Positions 17,901 to 27,577 of a stretch of DNA of 30,137 nt are shown here, in pieces. The notes beneath the pieces were generated by a model. The model saw only the letters and a program-made list of their open reading frames with translations. It was not told where the DNA came from and ran no database searches. Position numbers and translations under genes: made by a program. How positions within the stretch are numbered: the stretch's first letter is position 1; the number at the start of each line of letters is the position of its first letter. The stretch is from a virus (taxonomy: Duplodnaviria > Caudoviricetes), in IMG/VR virus record IMGVR_UViG_3300037470_000073, positions 1 to 30,137 of that record; one strand, written 5' to 3'.

Positions 17901-18300
17901 GGAGGGAGTTCTGACCCTACCGGGGGGGCGTCTAGCTAGCAGGTTGCACGCCGGATTGCCGTACCTCGTCACCGTTGAGACCCTGAACATCAACGCGCCG
18001 CAGACGCAGATGCAGGGCCGCGTCGTCAGCGCCAGCGCGATCAACGTGATGGTCGAGGGCTCCCGGGGGTTTGTGGCTGGCGTACCGCCCGCAGAAGGCG
18101 GAACCCGGCCGCGATACAGTGACGTTAAGTGGCGCGTGGATGAGGACATGGACCAGCCGACCAGCCTGTTTACCGGGGTTAAGCGCATAATCCTAGAGAA
18201 CGCGTGGAACACAAACGGCAGGTTCTTCTTTCAGCAGAAATATCCCCTGCCGATGAACATCTTGTTCGTCAGCCCCGAAGTGGACCTCAGCGATGCCTAG
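14980..18300 (+). CDS. Tail tubular protein B / nozzle with inserted domains
   Basis: SF..G...P...GR.D, N....HGG...R.GT, RLIPFQF, FAQRRVFGG and Q.V.GW motifs; three FCCH-like repeats and one discoidin-like insert. Confidence 0.9.
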   Translation: MAQILKTSFAKGIVGPAVYGRTDLDLYSAAVKDARNCVVRPHGGISARQGTRFVAPVKDHDYAPRLIPFQFKTTDTYIIEFGDEYVRFIRNGASVAEDAFAISDITQASPAVVEAVGHDFDNGDEVAIDAAEGMTQVNNRRFVVANVSGDTFELTDQVTGADIDSTAFDAYASGGTASRVYTLASPYAIEDVWRIKYVQNKDVITLAHPDYPIYELTRTGHTSWSFSIPTFSPGQAAPTSIAITPNTTGAVTYQYQVTAFDKTTLEESLPGLDTGGATVITGATLANPVVFSSAAHGFSVGDEVALTISAGLLGLNGVRGLITATTTDTFSLAIDTTDYDIAAGLVAASYDNPGGQGDRTAFLAVTSSITPAAGTLSNLVDGGTGANSTDSIDLPGTGATAIIAGDYFRFQFSSPDRYIDQIQILSSSIPAHGVWQIQGSDNGSTWTNYTAGGNFTWNQASQTVSLSGVPATGHEYWRMVYISGGANWANNWFSEVTFRIYGVGDTYGSVARTFKKITNGHATANNTITWDAVADAGGYNVYKLDNGVYGFIGTTSALTFTDDNIQADATDTPPQARNPFENDNNPGAVGYFAQRRVFGGTNDNPETSYYSQTGNPANMSVSAPRKDDDAITASLVAQSVNDIRHYVSMSDLIIFTGAAEWRVNSGPDSSFSAETIKQKPQTNWGSSHLRPLLVGPVTLFVEPNGSRVRSLNYDFPNDLYNSNEMSILAYNLLESYYIVDWTFAYAQDQRMHAVRNDGKMVCMTFQRDQEVVGWTYWDTLGKFEAVSALRTVTSGTADEIYMVAKRVVDGQTVRYIEVQQGRTVTDVRDVFHVDCGASYDDPMPITNLVRQDLGMGVINYLVFSAGHGLSNGDIVDISGVEWEPEVDEYGTETQPNVINGRRYEVANAATDTFTLTGGNKPELDDLSEDEFPVYADAGFIRRAGASFSGFQHLEGRTDVVVLADGDVFENLTVTEGVLTLPGGRLASRLHAGLPYLVTVETLNINAPQTQMQGRVVSASAINVMVEGSRGFVAGVPPAEGGTRPRYSDVKWRVDEDMDQPTSLFTGVKRIILENAWNTNGRFFFQQKYPLPMNILFVSPEVDLSDA

Positions 18301-18754
18301 CTACCGCATATTGCCCCCAACTCCCGCGCTCGTGGAAGCCCTGGCGGCGCGCCTTGGCGCGAAGGATCGGGATGAGATAGCGGCTACTGGGTATGACACT
18401 GCGCTGGAGGGGCTTATGGTCTCCGTCGAGGCATCACGTGATGCCCTGACCCTCCTGGCGGACGGAGAACCCGTAGCCATGGCCGGGGTGTCCGACTGGG
18501 GAGCCATCAGCACGACCGGGGTTCCTTGGGCGCTGACTTCCGACAACATCCGGGAGCACGCTTTGCCGTTTCTCAAATCCGCCAAAATTCTTGCTGATCA
18601 CTGGCTAAAAGAGTATAATCGGCTTTGTCAAGTAGTAGACGAGCGAAACGTAGACGCGATGCGCTGGATGGAGTGGGTAGGGTTTGAGAAAAGAGGCCGC
18701 CACTTCTTGGGTCCGGATCGAATGCCGTTCGCCATGTATGAAATGAGGGCCTGA
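18293..18754 (+). CDS. Putative acetyltransferase-fold internal virion protein (T7 gp13-like position)
   Basis: D.DEI, G.PWAL, VDERN..A.RW.EW.GF motifs. Confidence 0.75.
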   Translation: MPSYRILPPTPALVEALAARLGAKDRDEIAATGYDTALEGLMVSVEASRDALTLLADGEPVAMAGVSDWGAISTTGVPWALTSDNIREHALPFLKSAKILADHWLKEYNRLCQVVDERNVDAMRWMEWVGFEKRGRHFLGPDRMPFAMYEMRA

Positions 18755-19326
18755 TGCGCGCTCCTTGGGAAGTACGCCCTAAGTCGTTGTGGGAAGCCGC
18801 CGCGCACGGTCCCGCGCTTCCTATTGCCAGCCTCGCGGTTGGTGTGCTTGGCACCGGTATGTCCGTCATCGGCCAGATGCAGCAGGGCAAAGCCCAGCGC
18901 AACATGGCGCTATATCAGCAGCGCGTTGCCGAGAATAACATCATCCTGTCCCAGCGCGCCGCCGAGGATGCCACTGCGCGCGGCAAGGTTGAGGAACAGA
19001 GCGTCCGTCAACGCTATCGCCAGCTTATCGGAACCCAGCGCTCCACCATGGCCGCTAACGGCGTGCTCGTGGACACCGGCAGCGCCTCGGATATTGTCGA
19101 AGATACGGCTGAGATTGGAGAGCTTGACGCTCTGACCGTGCGCGCCAACGCAGAACGCGAGCGGCAGTTTTATCTGGCGCAAGGCATGAATTTCCAAGGG
19201 GAAGCAGCTATGCACGGTCTCACCAAAAAGAACTCCGGCGGGTTCCCTTGGGGCACCCTCATTGGCGGGCTCGGGTCGGTCGCGGAGAAGTGGTACAATT
19301 TCGACCAGCAAGGGGCGTTTAAGTAA
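18754..19326 (+). CDS. Internal virion (ejection) protein, gp14-like
   Basis: Hydrophobic N-terminus; G.QR..MAANGV.VD.GSA.D. Confidence 0.8.
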   Translation: MRAPWEVRPKSLWEAAAHGPALPIASLAVGVLGTGMSVIGQMQQGKAQRNMALYQQRVAENNIILSQRAAEDATARGKVEEQSVRQRYRQLIGTQRSTMAANGVLVDTGSASDIVEDTAEIGELDALTVRANAERERQFYLAQGMNFQGEAAMHGLTKKNSGGFPWGTLIGGLGSVAEKWYNFDQQGAFK

Positions 19327-21749
19327 TGGCTGAAGTTCCGACGATCAAAGTTCCGCAGGTAAAGACGGAAGCCTACCGGCCGAACTACCAGTCGGGCAAC
19401 GGCGCGACCGAGGCTGCGTTCGGCGGCAATCAGGGCCGCCAGCTAGACATCGGCGGGCGCGCGGTGATGGAAGCGTCCGATGCGCTTGGACGCGCGTCCT
19501 TACAGATCGCGGAGCGCCGGAACGCTGTCGGTCGCGCCAGCGCTGTTACGGAATTCGAGACCTGGGCTTCGGAGGCTTGGCTTGGAGCGCAGACCGAGGG
19601 CGACATCACAGACCCGGCTCAGGTGCAGGCGTTCGGCGCATCGCTAACCGCCAAGGCTAAGGAAATCGCCGCGAAGCATAACGAGGGCTACGGCCCCGCC
19701 AGCAGCGAGCAGCTTAATTCCATGCTGGAGGGACGGCGCGGCGACTTCATGGGTAACGCTGCCTCCACAGCGGCTGAAGCTAGCCAAGCCGTGATCGCGC
19801 AGACCCTGAGCGGTTCGCTCAGCAAGTACGCGTCCCAAGTTACCGCTGATCCTTCCAGCCTTCAGGACAACATGGCCGCGTGGAACCGGGAGGTAGACAA
19901 TTACGCTTCCGCGCTCACTCCGCAGCAAGAAGCCATGTACCGCAAGAACGGTGCGGCGGCTTTCATCGGCGGAACTATCGACAATACGCTGTACCAGCCT
20001 AACGGCGACCTCCTGGTGCAGAAGATGCTGCAATCTAACCCGCAGCTTATGGACGTGTTCACCGTCGAGCAGCAAGAGCAAATCCGGCAGCGCATCCAGG
20101 TCACCGCCAACGCCAACGCCGAGCAGCGCAACAAGGTCTATACGTTGTCGCCGGGCTCCAAGCTGGTGAACGGCCAGGGTGAGACCATCGCCTACTCGCC
20201 TACGATTGAGAAGGTTGAGCGCACCCCCGCGCAGACCGCGCTGGAAAATCTCGGGACCTACACAGCCATCACCGGAAAGCAGCCGACTGAGGCTATGGTT
20301 GCGGCGGCGTTGAACGTTAACGCGCCCAGCGGCGGGCAAACGCTAGCCGATCAGGTCACCGATTTTAATCAGGCGTACGCCCTTATCAACGGCGGGGCTG
20401 CCCCGTCGAAGCAAGTCCAGACTGACTTCCTCAATACGGCGGCTGGCATGCCGCAGGACCCCGCTCGCAAGCTCAACGAGCTTTCGGCTATACGCGAAGG
20501 GCTCAAGTTGCCACCGCTTAGTAACACCCAGGTTGACGCCCTGCTTGGCGTAAAAGAAGATACCACTAAGACCTTGGCAGAAAAGATGGCGGAAGCTAAG
20601 AAGGTGGTCGGCGAGATGAGCCGAGAGGAGGCAGCTAAACTTGGCGGCTTCTTCGTAGCCCCGGTCGAGCAGGAGAATAACAACACCTTCGGCGATAGCA
20701 TCACCGGCCGCACGTTGGATATGTTCGTGCAGATGGCTCCGGCGTATGCGACCGGCCAGACCACGCCCGATCAGGACCGCCAGTTTGAGATCGCGGCTTG
20801 GTCATACGCCATGACCCCAATCGGCCAGGACGTTAACCCGTACACCAAGGAGACCACGTATCGCTACCGCCCGCTGCCGCTGCACGTGTCGCAGGCTCTG
20901 GAGCAGCGCGGGGTTAAGTGGCGTTTGCCAAGCCCCGGCGAGCCGCCCCCGCAGCCGATGCTAGGCGATCCGAATAGCGCCGCGCCGTCGAGCGAGCCCG
21001 ATCCTAACGACCCGGCGGAAATGGGCGACGAGAGCACTAACGCTGGCCCTGGCGATCCGGCGCAACCCGCCATGGCGGACGTAGGCCCGCCGACCAAGGC
21101 GAATGCTCAGCAGCAGGCTCAGGTTGCTGATCCTGCGGCATCACGTGATGCCCAGCAGCCCGCCGTGCAGCCCGACCCCATGGCCGGTGCGAGAACCAAG
21201 AACGAAACCTTGCTTGAGCTTGGAGCGCGCAACACCGGCCCCATATCCGGTATGGCTAAGCAGTTGCATAAAATCCCGGGTTTAGGTAAGGGCGTCGGCG
21301 GCGAAGCTACGCAGGCCGGGAGCGATATCAACGCCCTGAAGAACGACCTTGTGCGCGTGTTGCAAAACAACCCTCGCTACGCCGAAGGTGAGCGCAAGCA
21401 AATCATGGACGAGATCGACGTGAGCACCAAGTTCGTTGATGACCCGCAGCGGTACATCGACAACGTTATGGGTCTGCGCAAGTCGCTCCTGACGCGGCTG
21501 GAGAATGAGCGCAAGACGGCTGAAGTTTCTGACATCGGCTCCGAGGAACGCGTCAGGGCTATGAATACCGTCAACGCCATCGAAAACTTCCTGGGTGTTC
21601 TTACGCCTCCGGTGTTCGACAGCGAAGAAGAAGCACGCGTTTGGGCTAACCAGCAAGAGCCCGGCACCCCGATGGTGCTGAAGAAAGGCAATACTTACCA
21701 GCTTGGGTACAGTAAGAAAACGGGCGCAGCCGCGCCAACGGGGCAGTAA
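19326..21749 (+). CDS. Internal virion (ejection) protein, 807 aa
   Basis: MA.VP start, Ala/Gln-rich helical composition, position after the gp14-like gene. Confidence 0.72.
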   Translation: MAEVPTIKVPQVKTEAYRPNYQSGNGATEAAFGGNQGRQLDIGGRAVMEASDALGRASLQIAERRNAVGRASAVTEFETWASEAWLGAQTEGDITDPAQVQAFGASLTAKAKEIAAKHNEGYGPASSEQLNSMLEGRRGDFMGNAASTAAEASQAVIAQTLSGSLSKYASQVTADPSSLQDNMAAWNREVDNYASALTPQQEAMYRKNGAAAFIGGTIDNTLYQPNGDLLVQKMLQSNPQLMDVFTVEQQEQIRQRIQVTANANAEQRNKVYTLSPGSKLVNGQGETIAYSPTIEKVERTPAQTALENLGTYTAITGKQPTEAMVAAALNVNAPSGGQTLADQVTDFNQAYALINGGAAPSKQVQTDFLNTAAGMPQDPARKLNELSAIREGLKLPPLSNTQVDALLGVKEDTTKTLAEKMAEAKKVVGEMSREEAAKLGGFFVAPVEQENNNTFGDSITGRTLDMFVQMAPAYATGQTTPDQDRQFEIAAWSYAMTPIGQDVNPYTKETTYRYRPLPLHVSQALEQRGVKWRLPSPGEPPPQPMLGDPNSAAPSSEPDPNDPAEMGDESTNAGPGDPAQPAMADVGPPTKANAQQQAQVADPAASRDAQQPAVQPDPMAGARTKNETLLELGARNTGPISGMAKQLHKIPGLGKGVGGEATQAGSDINALKNDLVRVLQNNPRYAEGERKQIMDEIDVSTKFVDDPQRYIDNVMGLRKSLLTRLENERKTAEVSDIGSEERVRAMNTVNAIENFLGVLTPPVFDSEEEARVWANQQEPGTPMVLKKGNTYQLGYSKKTGAAAPTGQ

Positions 21750-24655
21750 TGGCCGATAACACAAAAGATTTCTTCACCCCGTTCGATCCCGCTACTCTAG
21801 CGCCGGGCAGCCCTACTCAGCTTCCGCCTAACTCGGACGATTTCTTTGAGCCGTTCGACGCCGATGGGGTAACTGGCAAGCAGAAAGAGCGAGCTTTCGA
21901 ACAGGGCTTGAACGCTGGCTTGTCGCACGGTGCCCCGACAGCCGTGGGCATTGGCGCTGGCGCTCGCATTGGCGCTAAGGCCGGTTCCGTTCGGGGTCCG
22001 GTCGGGGCTTTGTTTGGGGGCATCGGCGGAGCCATAACCGGCATGGTAGCCGGAGATATGGCGGGGCAGGGCGTCCAGAACCAACTGTCTAAGGTTCAGA
22101 TGCCGGATGGCACATTCTTGACTTACGAAAGCATGAATGCTGTGCCCCTGGAATTGCGGCCGTTCGCCAAGGCAGGCGAAGTAGCCGGTAGCTCTATCCC
22201 GCTGGGCGGGCTGCCACTGTACGCAGCCGCGTACGGCAGGCAGTTGTCGGTCCCGGCGCTGACCGCTAAAATGGACGATCTTGCTTGGTGGAGTTCCCCG
22301 TACGTCATCACGCGGGAAGGCACCAAGAAGGCGGTCAATCTTCTGCCTCGGTACATCAACACCGTTATCAATTCCGCCGGTCGGCATCCGATTTCGTTCC
22401 TCATGGCCGAGGCTCAAGCTGGCTTAATGGGCGGCGTTGGCGCGGGCGTGGCGGAAGCCAGCTTTCCCGGCAGCGCAAAAGCGGAATTTATCGGTAGCAC
22501 TATCGGCGGCTTCTTCAATTGGGGACGCTGGGTTGGCACGGCGGTTAAGACGGTCGGCCATAATGCCGCCGCACTGCTGCGTGGTTCTTCTACTACCGAG
22601 GAGCGCGCCGCTAAGTATTTGCAGACCATCGTGGGTAACAGCGGCACCAGTATAGACGACACCATCATTGCCCTGCAAAGCGCGGGCTTCGACACTACCG
22701 GCCTTACCTCGGGGCTGAAGTCGGGGAACCCGGCCTTGCTGGCGCTTGAAGCTGGGCTTGCTAAGCAAAACCAGCGCTTCGGTGTCGATGCCTCGGAGGC
22801 GGGGCAGCGGCATCTGTGGCAGTTAAAGACCATGATTGTCGGCCTGCGGGAGATTGGAAGCCCTGAAGCTCTCAAGGTCGCGGCGCAAGCGGAGGACGCC
22901 TTGTTCACGGCCAACGTGAACGCTCGGTTCCGGCTAGCTGCCGACAAGCTGACGGAAGCGACGGCCCATATCAACCCCAACCTGATAGACGCCAAATCGT
23001 TTACCGAATTCGGTAAGAATGCCAACCGCATTCTGGATGAGGCGCTGACCGAGGTTCGCGCTGTAGAAAAGTCGCTCTGGGACGCTGTGCCGCAAGGCAC
23101 GACCGCCAAGCATGACAACTTCGCCCAGGCGGTTATCGACACCCGTACCCAGCGCATCCTGCCAAACCAGAAGCTGGACCCGGATATCGAAGGCTATCTG
23201 AAGCACATCGACGCCCGCGAGCAAACCCTGTCCAAAATTCGCAAGCTGGAGGCCCAAGGAAAGCCCGTACCGGCGGGCATGATGAAGCAAGTGCGGGAGC
23301 TTGGGGAAGCCAACTTCAAGGAGTTGCGTATCCTTCGGTCGGAATTGCTGAACATGGTCCGCAAATACTCGGCGGCGTCGGATTGGAATTCCGCCAACCT
23401 GTATAGCTATCTGGCGGCGGCGGTGGACAAAGACCTAGCCTCGGCTATCTCTGGGGACCTCAAGGGGCAGATCGCCCTGGACACGGCGCGCACTTGGTCC
23501 AAGCAGATGCACGACGCCTTCACTCGTACGTTCGTTGGCGATATCCAGGGGGCGGCGCGAGACGGCGCTCAAGCGGTAGCGCCTGAGCTTGTGATGTCGC
23601 GCGTATTCGCCAGCGGCAAAGAGCTTGGCGCGCTGCAATTTCAGCAGCTTCGGGAGGCTAGCCGGTTCGCCGGGCAGGAATACTTTGCCCGCATGGCGAA
23701 GATGCAGTACGACACGCTTCAGTACGCCGCATCCAAGGTTATAGACCCGGCGACCGGCAAGGTCAATGGAAACGCGCTGGCGAAGTTCCGCCGCGACAAT
23801 CACGATCTGATCGCCCAGTTCCCCGACCTGCAAACCCAGCTTTCGGACGTTTCGAGGGCTAACGACTTCTTCGCGAAGACGCAATCCGCCGCGAAGAACG
23901 CCAAGGAAGAAATCCGGGGCAACGCTGCCTTTTCCATGGTGCTTAAGCACGGTGACGCAGCGGAAGCTATCGGCGCGGCACTTAGCTCTCCCGACCCCCT
24001 GGCCGCCATGCGCCAGTTCAAGATTTGGTCCATGGATACCGCCAAGCTGCCGCATGGCTTCACCGGCGAGGATGTCGCCAAGGGGCTGGAGAGCGCAGTG
24101 TTCCACCACGCCCTGGCGAAAGCGGGGGGCGCGGGGAAGGGGTTCTCCTTCACTTCCTACCACGACGCGTTCTTCGCCCCGCTGAGCGCTTCCGGCCCCT
24201 CCATGGCCGATACCCTGGTTAAGAGTGGCGTGCTAAAGCAAGGTCAAATCAATCAGCTTAAAGCTTGGCTCGGCGAAGCAGCGCGCATTGAAACCGCCAT
24301 CGCCAGCAAACAGTCCATCGAGCAGTTCCGCCAGCGCCACGGCCCAATCGTGGACTTCGTGCTGCGGTACACCGGCTCCAAGCTCGGCGCGTTTGCCAGC
24401 GGTGGCAGCAATAGCCTTATCATACAGGGCGCGGGCTCCAACATGCTGCGTCAAGTCTTCGATAGCATTCCTCGCGGCAAGATGCAGCAAGTGATCCTGC
24501 AAGCGTCCCGCGATCCTGAGTTGATGGTGGCTCTGTTGCAGAAAGCTACCACCCCGAAGGAGCAACTGCGTGTGGGCCTGCAAATGAACGCGTTCCTGTA
24601 CGCCAACGCTCTCGGCGGCTGGGAAAGCGAAAATGGACAATACGGCCAGGAATAG
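21749..24655 (+). CDS. Large internal virion (DNA ejection) protein, 968 aa
   Basis: Gly/Ala-rich hydrophobic N-terminal segments then a helical body; position before the tail fibre. Confidence 0.72.
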   Translation: MADNTKDFFTPFDPATLAPGSPTQLPPNSDDFFEPFDADGVTGKQKERAFEQGLNAGLSHGAPTAVGIGAGARIGAKAGSVRGPVGALFGGIGGAITGMVAGDMAGQGVQNQLSKVQMPDGTFLTYESMNAVPLELRPFAKAGEVAGSSIPLGGLPLYAAAYGRQLSVPALTAKMDDLAWWSSPYVITREGTKKAVNLLPRYINTVINSAGRHPISFLMAEAQAGLMGGVGAGVAEASFPGSAKAEFIGSTIGGFFNWGRWVGTAVKTVGHNAAALLRGSSTTEERAAKYLQTIVGNSGTSIDDTIIALQSAGFDTTGLTSGLKSGNPALLALEAGLAKQNQRFGVDASEAGQRHLWQLKTMIVGLREIGSPEALKVAAQAEDALFTANVNARFRLAADKLTEATAHINPNLIDAKSFTEFGKNANRILDEALTEVRAVEKSLWDAVPQGTTAKHDNFAQAVIDTRTQRILPNQKLDPDIEGYLKHIDAREQTLSKIRKLEAQGKPVPAGMMKQVRELGEANFKELRILRSELLNMVRKYSAASDWNSANLYSYLAAAVDKDLASAISGDLKGQIALDTARTWSKQMHDAFTRTFVGDIQGAARDGAQAVAPELVMSRVFASGKELGALQFQQLREASRFAGQEYFARMAKMQYDTLQYAASKVIDPATGKVNGNALAKFRRDNHDLIAQFPDLQTQLSDVSRANDFFAKTQSAAKNAKEEIRGNAAFSMVLKHGDAAEAIGAALSSPDPLAAMRQFKIWSMDTAKLPHGFTGEDVAKGLESAVFHHALAKAGGAGKGFSFTSYHDAFFAPLSASGPSMADTLVKSGVLKQGQINQLKAWLGEAARIETAIASKQSIEQFRQRHGPIVDFVLRYTGSKLGAFASGGSNSLIIQGAGSNMLRQVFDSIPRGKMQQVILQASRDPELMVALLQKATTPKEQLRVGLQMNAFLYANALGGWESENGQYGQE

Positions 24656-24693
24656 GTTATAATTGGGCATCACGTGATGCCTAGGGAGATAAA

Positions 24694-25788
24694 ATGGCGC
24701 TTTCTGTAGCTACTGGGTATGTGGAAGTCGCTGGCAATGATGTAGCCACGTCGTTCTCGTTTAGCCCGGTTATCATTCAAGACCCGACGCATCTTGCCGT
24801 CTACTTAATCGACGCCGATGGCGAAGCTACCCTGGTTACGCGCGGGTCTGGGGCCGACCAGTATCAGGTGGTCGTGGCTTCGTACCCTGGCACCGGCTCA
24901 ATCACCTACCCAGCCAGTGGCAGCGACTATCTTGCTACCGGAGAGACACTCCGTATCAAGCGTGTCGTGCCCCTCACCCAAGAAACCCAGCTAGGGACCG
25001 AGGGCGGCTATAGCTCGGTGGTGCAGGAGAACACCTTCGACTACGGCCGCATGATCGACATCCAGCAGCAGGAAGAAATAGACCGTTCGCTGAAAGTTCC
25101 CATCGGGGATGACACGGACCCGGCCGATTATCTGGATACGGTTGCCACGGCTACGGCGGCGCTAGCTACGGCTGGTGCGGAAGCGGCGCAAGCTGCCGCT
25201 GAAGCGGCGCAAGCTGCTGCTGAAGCGGCGGAGACCAACGCCGAGACGGCAGAGACCAACGCTGAGACGGCTGCCACGAATGCCCAGACGGCAGAGACCA
25301 ACGCTGAGACGGCTGCCACGAGTGCCCAGACGGCAGAGACCAACGCTGAGACGGCAGAGACTAATGCCGAAGCGGCTGCGGCTGCGGCTGCGGCTAGCGC
25401 GGTGGATGCTGCGGCTAGCGCTAACGCTTTCTACGATACCCCGTTTAACGCTGGGTACACCAGCGCCATGGCCTCGACCGACCTCGCCGTTCAGACCTAC
25501 GGTGAATTGGTCGTCGGGCGGGCCTTTACTGTGACCGGCGAACGCGGCTATATCGGAACCGTCGCTACGGGCGCGGAAGTTATTGTGGACATCGAAAAGA
25601 ACGGCACCACGATATACACCACTAAGCCTGAGTTCGATATCAGCGCTAACGCCTTGACGGCTGGCGTATTGAAGACGGACGGCACCGAGGATTTCGCGGC
25701 CGGGGACCGCATGACGTTCAAGGTCACCCAGATCGGCTCCACCATCAAGGGTGGCGCTTTGCGTTTCACGGTATTGGGAGCCCTGTAA
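24694..25788 (+). CDS. Tail fibre / adaptor with T7 gp17-like N-terminal domain and heptad-repeat stalk
   Basis: GN.VATSFSF, G.ITY, I.RVVPLTQ, E..FD...MI.QQ..E.I.RSLK; AETN repeats. Confidence 0.85.
   Translation: MALSVATGYVEVAGNDVATSFSFSPVIIQDPTHLAVYLIDADGEATLVTRGSGADQYQVVVASYPGTGSITYPASGSDYLATGETLRIKRVVPLTQETQLGTEGGYSSVVQENTFDYGRMIDIQQQEEIDRSLKVPIGDDTDPADYLDTVATATAALATAGAEAAQAAAEAAQAAAEAAETNAETAETNAETAATNAQTAETNAETAATSAQTAETNAETAETNAEAAAAAAAASAVDAAASANAFYDTPFNAGYTSAMASTDLAVQTYGELVVGRAFTVTGERGYIGTVATGAEVIVDIEKNGTTIYTTKPEFDISANALTAGVLKTDGTEDFAAGDRMTFKVTQIGSTIKGGALRFTVLGAL
25178..25375 (+). repeat. 21/42-bp tandem repeats encoding AETNAET/AATNAQT heptads
   Basis: GCAGAGACCAACGCTGAGACG recurs with 21-bp periodicity. 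Confidence 0.9.
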
Positions 25789-25789
25789 A

Positions 25790-26410
25790 TTGGCCTCAGT
25801 TCTGAACGTGAACGCGTTAGCGCCGCAATTTAATACGGAACTTCCGACTGGTGGTTGGGACCCTGCTGACGCGGGTGGTGGTGGTGGCAATACCGTAACC
25901 GGCGGCGGTTACATTCTGGACCGTACTCTTGGCGCTGGCGAAGGCAGTGGCGTGTCGCTCATCGGTCACAGCCAAGCGAGCGGCGGCAAGTTCTACGCCG
26001 AGTTTGTGCCTACATTTGCCGGTATTATGAGCGTCGGTTTAGCTATTAGCACCTGGAACAACGAATTCGACGAGCCCGGTGATGCCGCCAATACGTGGGC
26101 TATTCGGCAGAACGGTGACACTTTTACCGCTAACTCAGGTACGGCACATGCTGGCAATGCCTTCGTATCCGGGGAAACGGTTGGGATTGCTGTCGATTTC
26201 ACCGCCGGGGAAGTTTGGTTCCGCGACGGGGCCGGTTGGACCTCGGGCGACCCGGCAGCGGGTACTTCCCCCCAATATTCCGGCATCGGGGCCGGGACCT
26301 ATTATTTGGTGGCGGCGACTTACACCACCGCCGATGAAGTTCTTTTGAAGCCGGGCAGCGGAACTGCGTTCACCTACACGCCGCCCGCCGGTTTCTCAAA
26401 TTGGGGTTAA
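25790..26410 (+). CDS. SPRY/B30.2-like domain protein (putative receptor-binding tip)
   Basis: GKFYAEF, VGLA, GETVGIAVDF..GEVWF, F.Y.PPAGF; TTG start with RBS GGGAG. Confidence 0.78.
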   Translation: MASVLNVNALAPQFNTELPTGGWDPADAGGGGGNTVTGGGYILDRTLGAGEGSGVSLIGHSQASGGKFYAEFVPTFAGIMSVGLAISTWNNEFDEPGDAANTWAIRQNGDTFTANSGTAHAGNAFVSGETVGIAVDFTAGEVWFRDGAGWTSGDPAAGTSPQYSGIGAGTYYLVAATYTTADEVLLKPGSGTAFTYTPPAGFSNWG

Positions 26411-26415
26411 TCCAA

Positions 26416-26688
26416 ATGGCGGATAACGTAAAGCATACCGACGAGCGCCGCAAAGCAACCTTCTTCAGTAGACAGATCACGTTCGGCAGCATCATCAACG
26501 CCGTGTCGATGGCTATCGGCCTCGTCGCTGCCGTTATCGCCTACCAGGACTTCAAGCACGATACCGGGCTGCGGCTGGTCAAGCTGGAAGCCATCTCGGG
26601 CGAGATAACGCGGGTTGTAGCCCAGCAGCAGAACCAAATCAACCTTATCTTTGATCGCATCCTTCCGGGCGATCACGCGAGGCGCTAA
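26416..26688 (+). CDS. Putative holin / membrane protein
   Basis: One hydrophobic segment (ITFGSIINAVSMAIGLVAAVIAY), directly upstream of the endolysin. Confidence 0.55.
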   Translation: MADNVKHTDERRKATFFSRQITFGSIINAVSMAIGLVAAVIAYQDFKHDTGLRLVKLEAISGEITRVVAQQQNQINLIFDRILPGDHARR

Positions 26689-27191
26689 TGTCTGTCCGCG
26701 CTAAAATTCTGGTCGCTGCCACCGTAGTTTCTGCTGCGTCGGGCGCTGGCTTAACCGCGTATTTCGAGGGTAAGGTCAATCGGGTTTATCTGGACCCGCT
26801 CGGTATTCCTACCGCCTGCTACGGCCATACGGGACCGGAGCTTCGGATAGGGCAGAAGTTTACCGACGCCCAGTGTGACGCCCAGCTTGCCGCCGACGTG
26901 GCCCCTTGCTGGCGCGCCGCTGACCGCTACGTTCAGGTGCCGATGACAGGTTTCCAACAATACGCTCTGACCGACTTCTGTGTGAACGCTGGCGTGGGCG
27001 CGCTCCAGAAGTCGCCGATGGTCCGCTACGCCAACCGGGGCGACTGGATAAACGCCTGCAAAGCGTTTGAAGGCTACTACACTAGTGGTAGAGATCGCCG
27101 TACTGGCGAACGGGTTTACTTCAAGGGCCTTGAGCGCCGCCGCATCGCGGAAGCCGCGCTGTGCCGTGGAGAGGATGTCATACTGAAATGA
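26688..27191 (+). CDS. SAR endolysin, T4-lysozyme-like GH24 muramidase
   Basis: N-terminal Ala/Gly-rich anchor; triad E-8x-D-5x-T (FEG..YLDPLGIPT); CYGHT; GLERRR. Confidence 0.93.
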   Translation: MSVRAKILVAATVVSAASGAGLTAYFEGKVNRVYLDPLGIPTACYGHTGPELRIGQKFTDAQCDAQLAADVAPCWRAADRYVQVPMTGFQQYALTDFCVNAGVGALQKSPMVRYANRGDWINACKAFEGYYTSGRDRRTGERVYFKGLERRRIAEAALCRGEDVILK

Positions 27192-27577
27192 TGGCTTTCC
27201 TAGCTAAGCCTCTGATCAAGTGGGGTATCATCGCTGCCGTGGCAGCCGCCCTTGTAGCAACAGTTGTGATCCAGTCGCTGCGGTTGGATAATGCCAAGCT
27301 CGAACGCCAGAACGCTCTGGACGATCTAGCCCAAGCCGAAGACATTAACCGGGGACTGGCCGAAGACATCCGCAACCTAGTGATCTTGCGCCAGATGGAT
27401 GCGAAGGCCACGGCCGAGGAATTGAAACGCACCGAGGATAGGAACGTATCCGTCGAGAAGTTAAAGAGGGAAATGCGAAATGCTGAAGGCGCTAATGAGC
27501 TTGCTGGTCCTTACTTCGATGATCTTGGTGACCGGCTGCGGAACCTCGACGCGGGTCCTGACCAAAAGCCAGATTGA
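27188..27577 (+). CDS. i-spanin (Rz-like)
   Basis: N-terminal transmembrane segment then coiled coil; ATGA overlap with the endolysin. Confidence 0.8.
   Translation: MMAFLAKPLIKWGIIAAVAAALVATVVIQSLRLDNAKLERQNALDDLAQAEDINRGLAEDIRNLVILRQMDAKATAEELKRTEDRNVSVEKLKREMRNAEGANELAGPYFDDLGDRLRNLDAGPDQKPD

Noticed and set aside
24694-26410. Diversity-generating retroelement, suggested by the BPP-1-like virion module
   Set aside because: No reverse transcriptase and no template/variable repeat pair differing at adenines is visible in the window.
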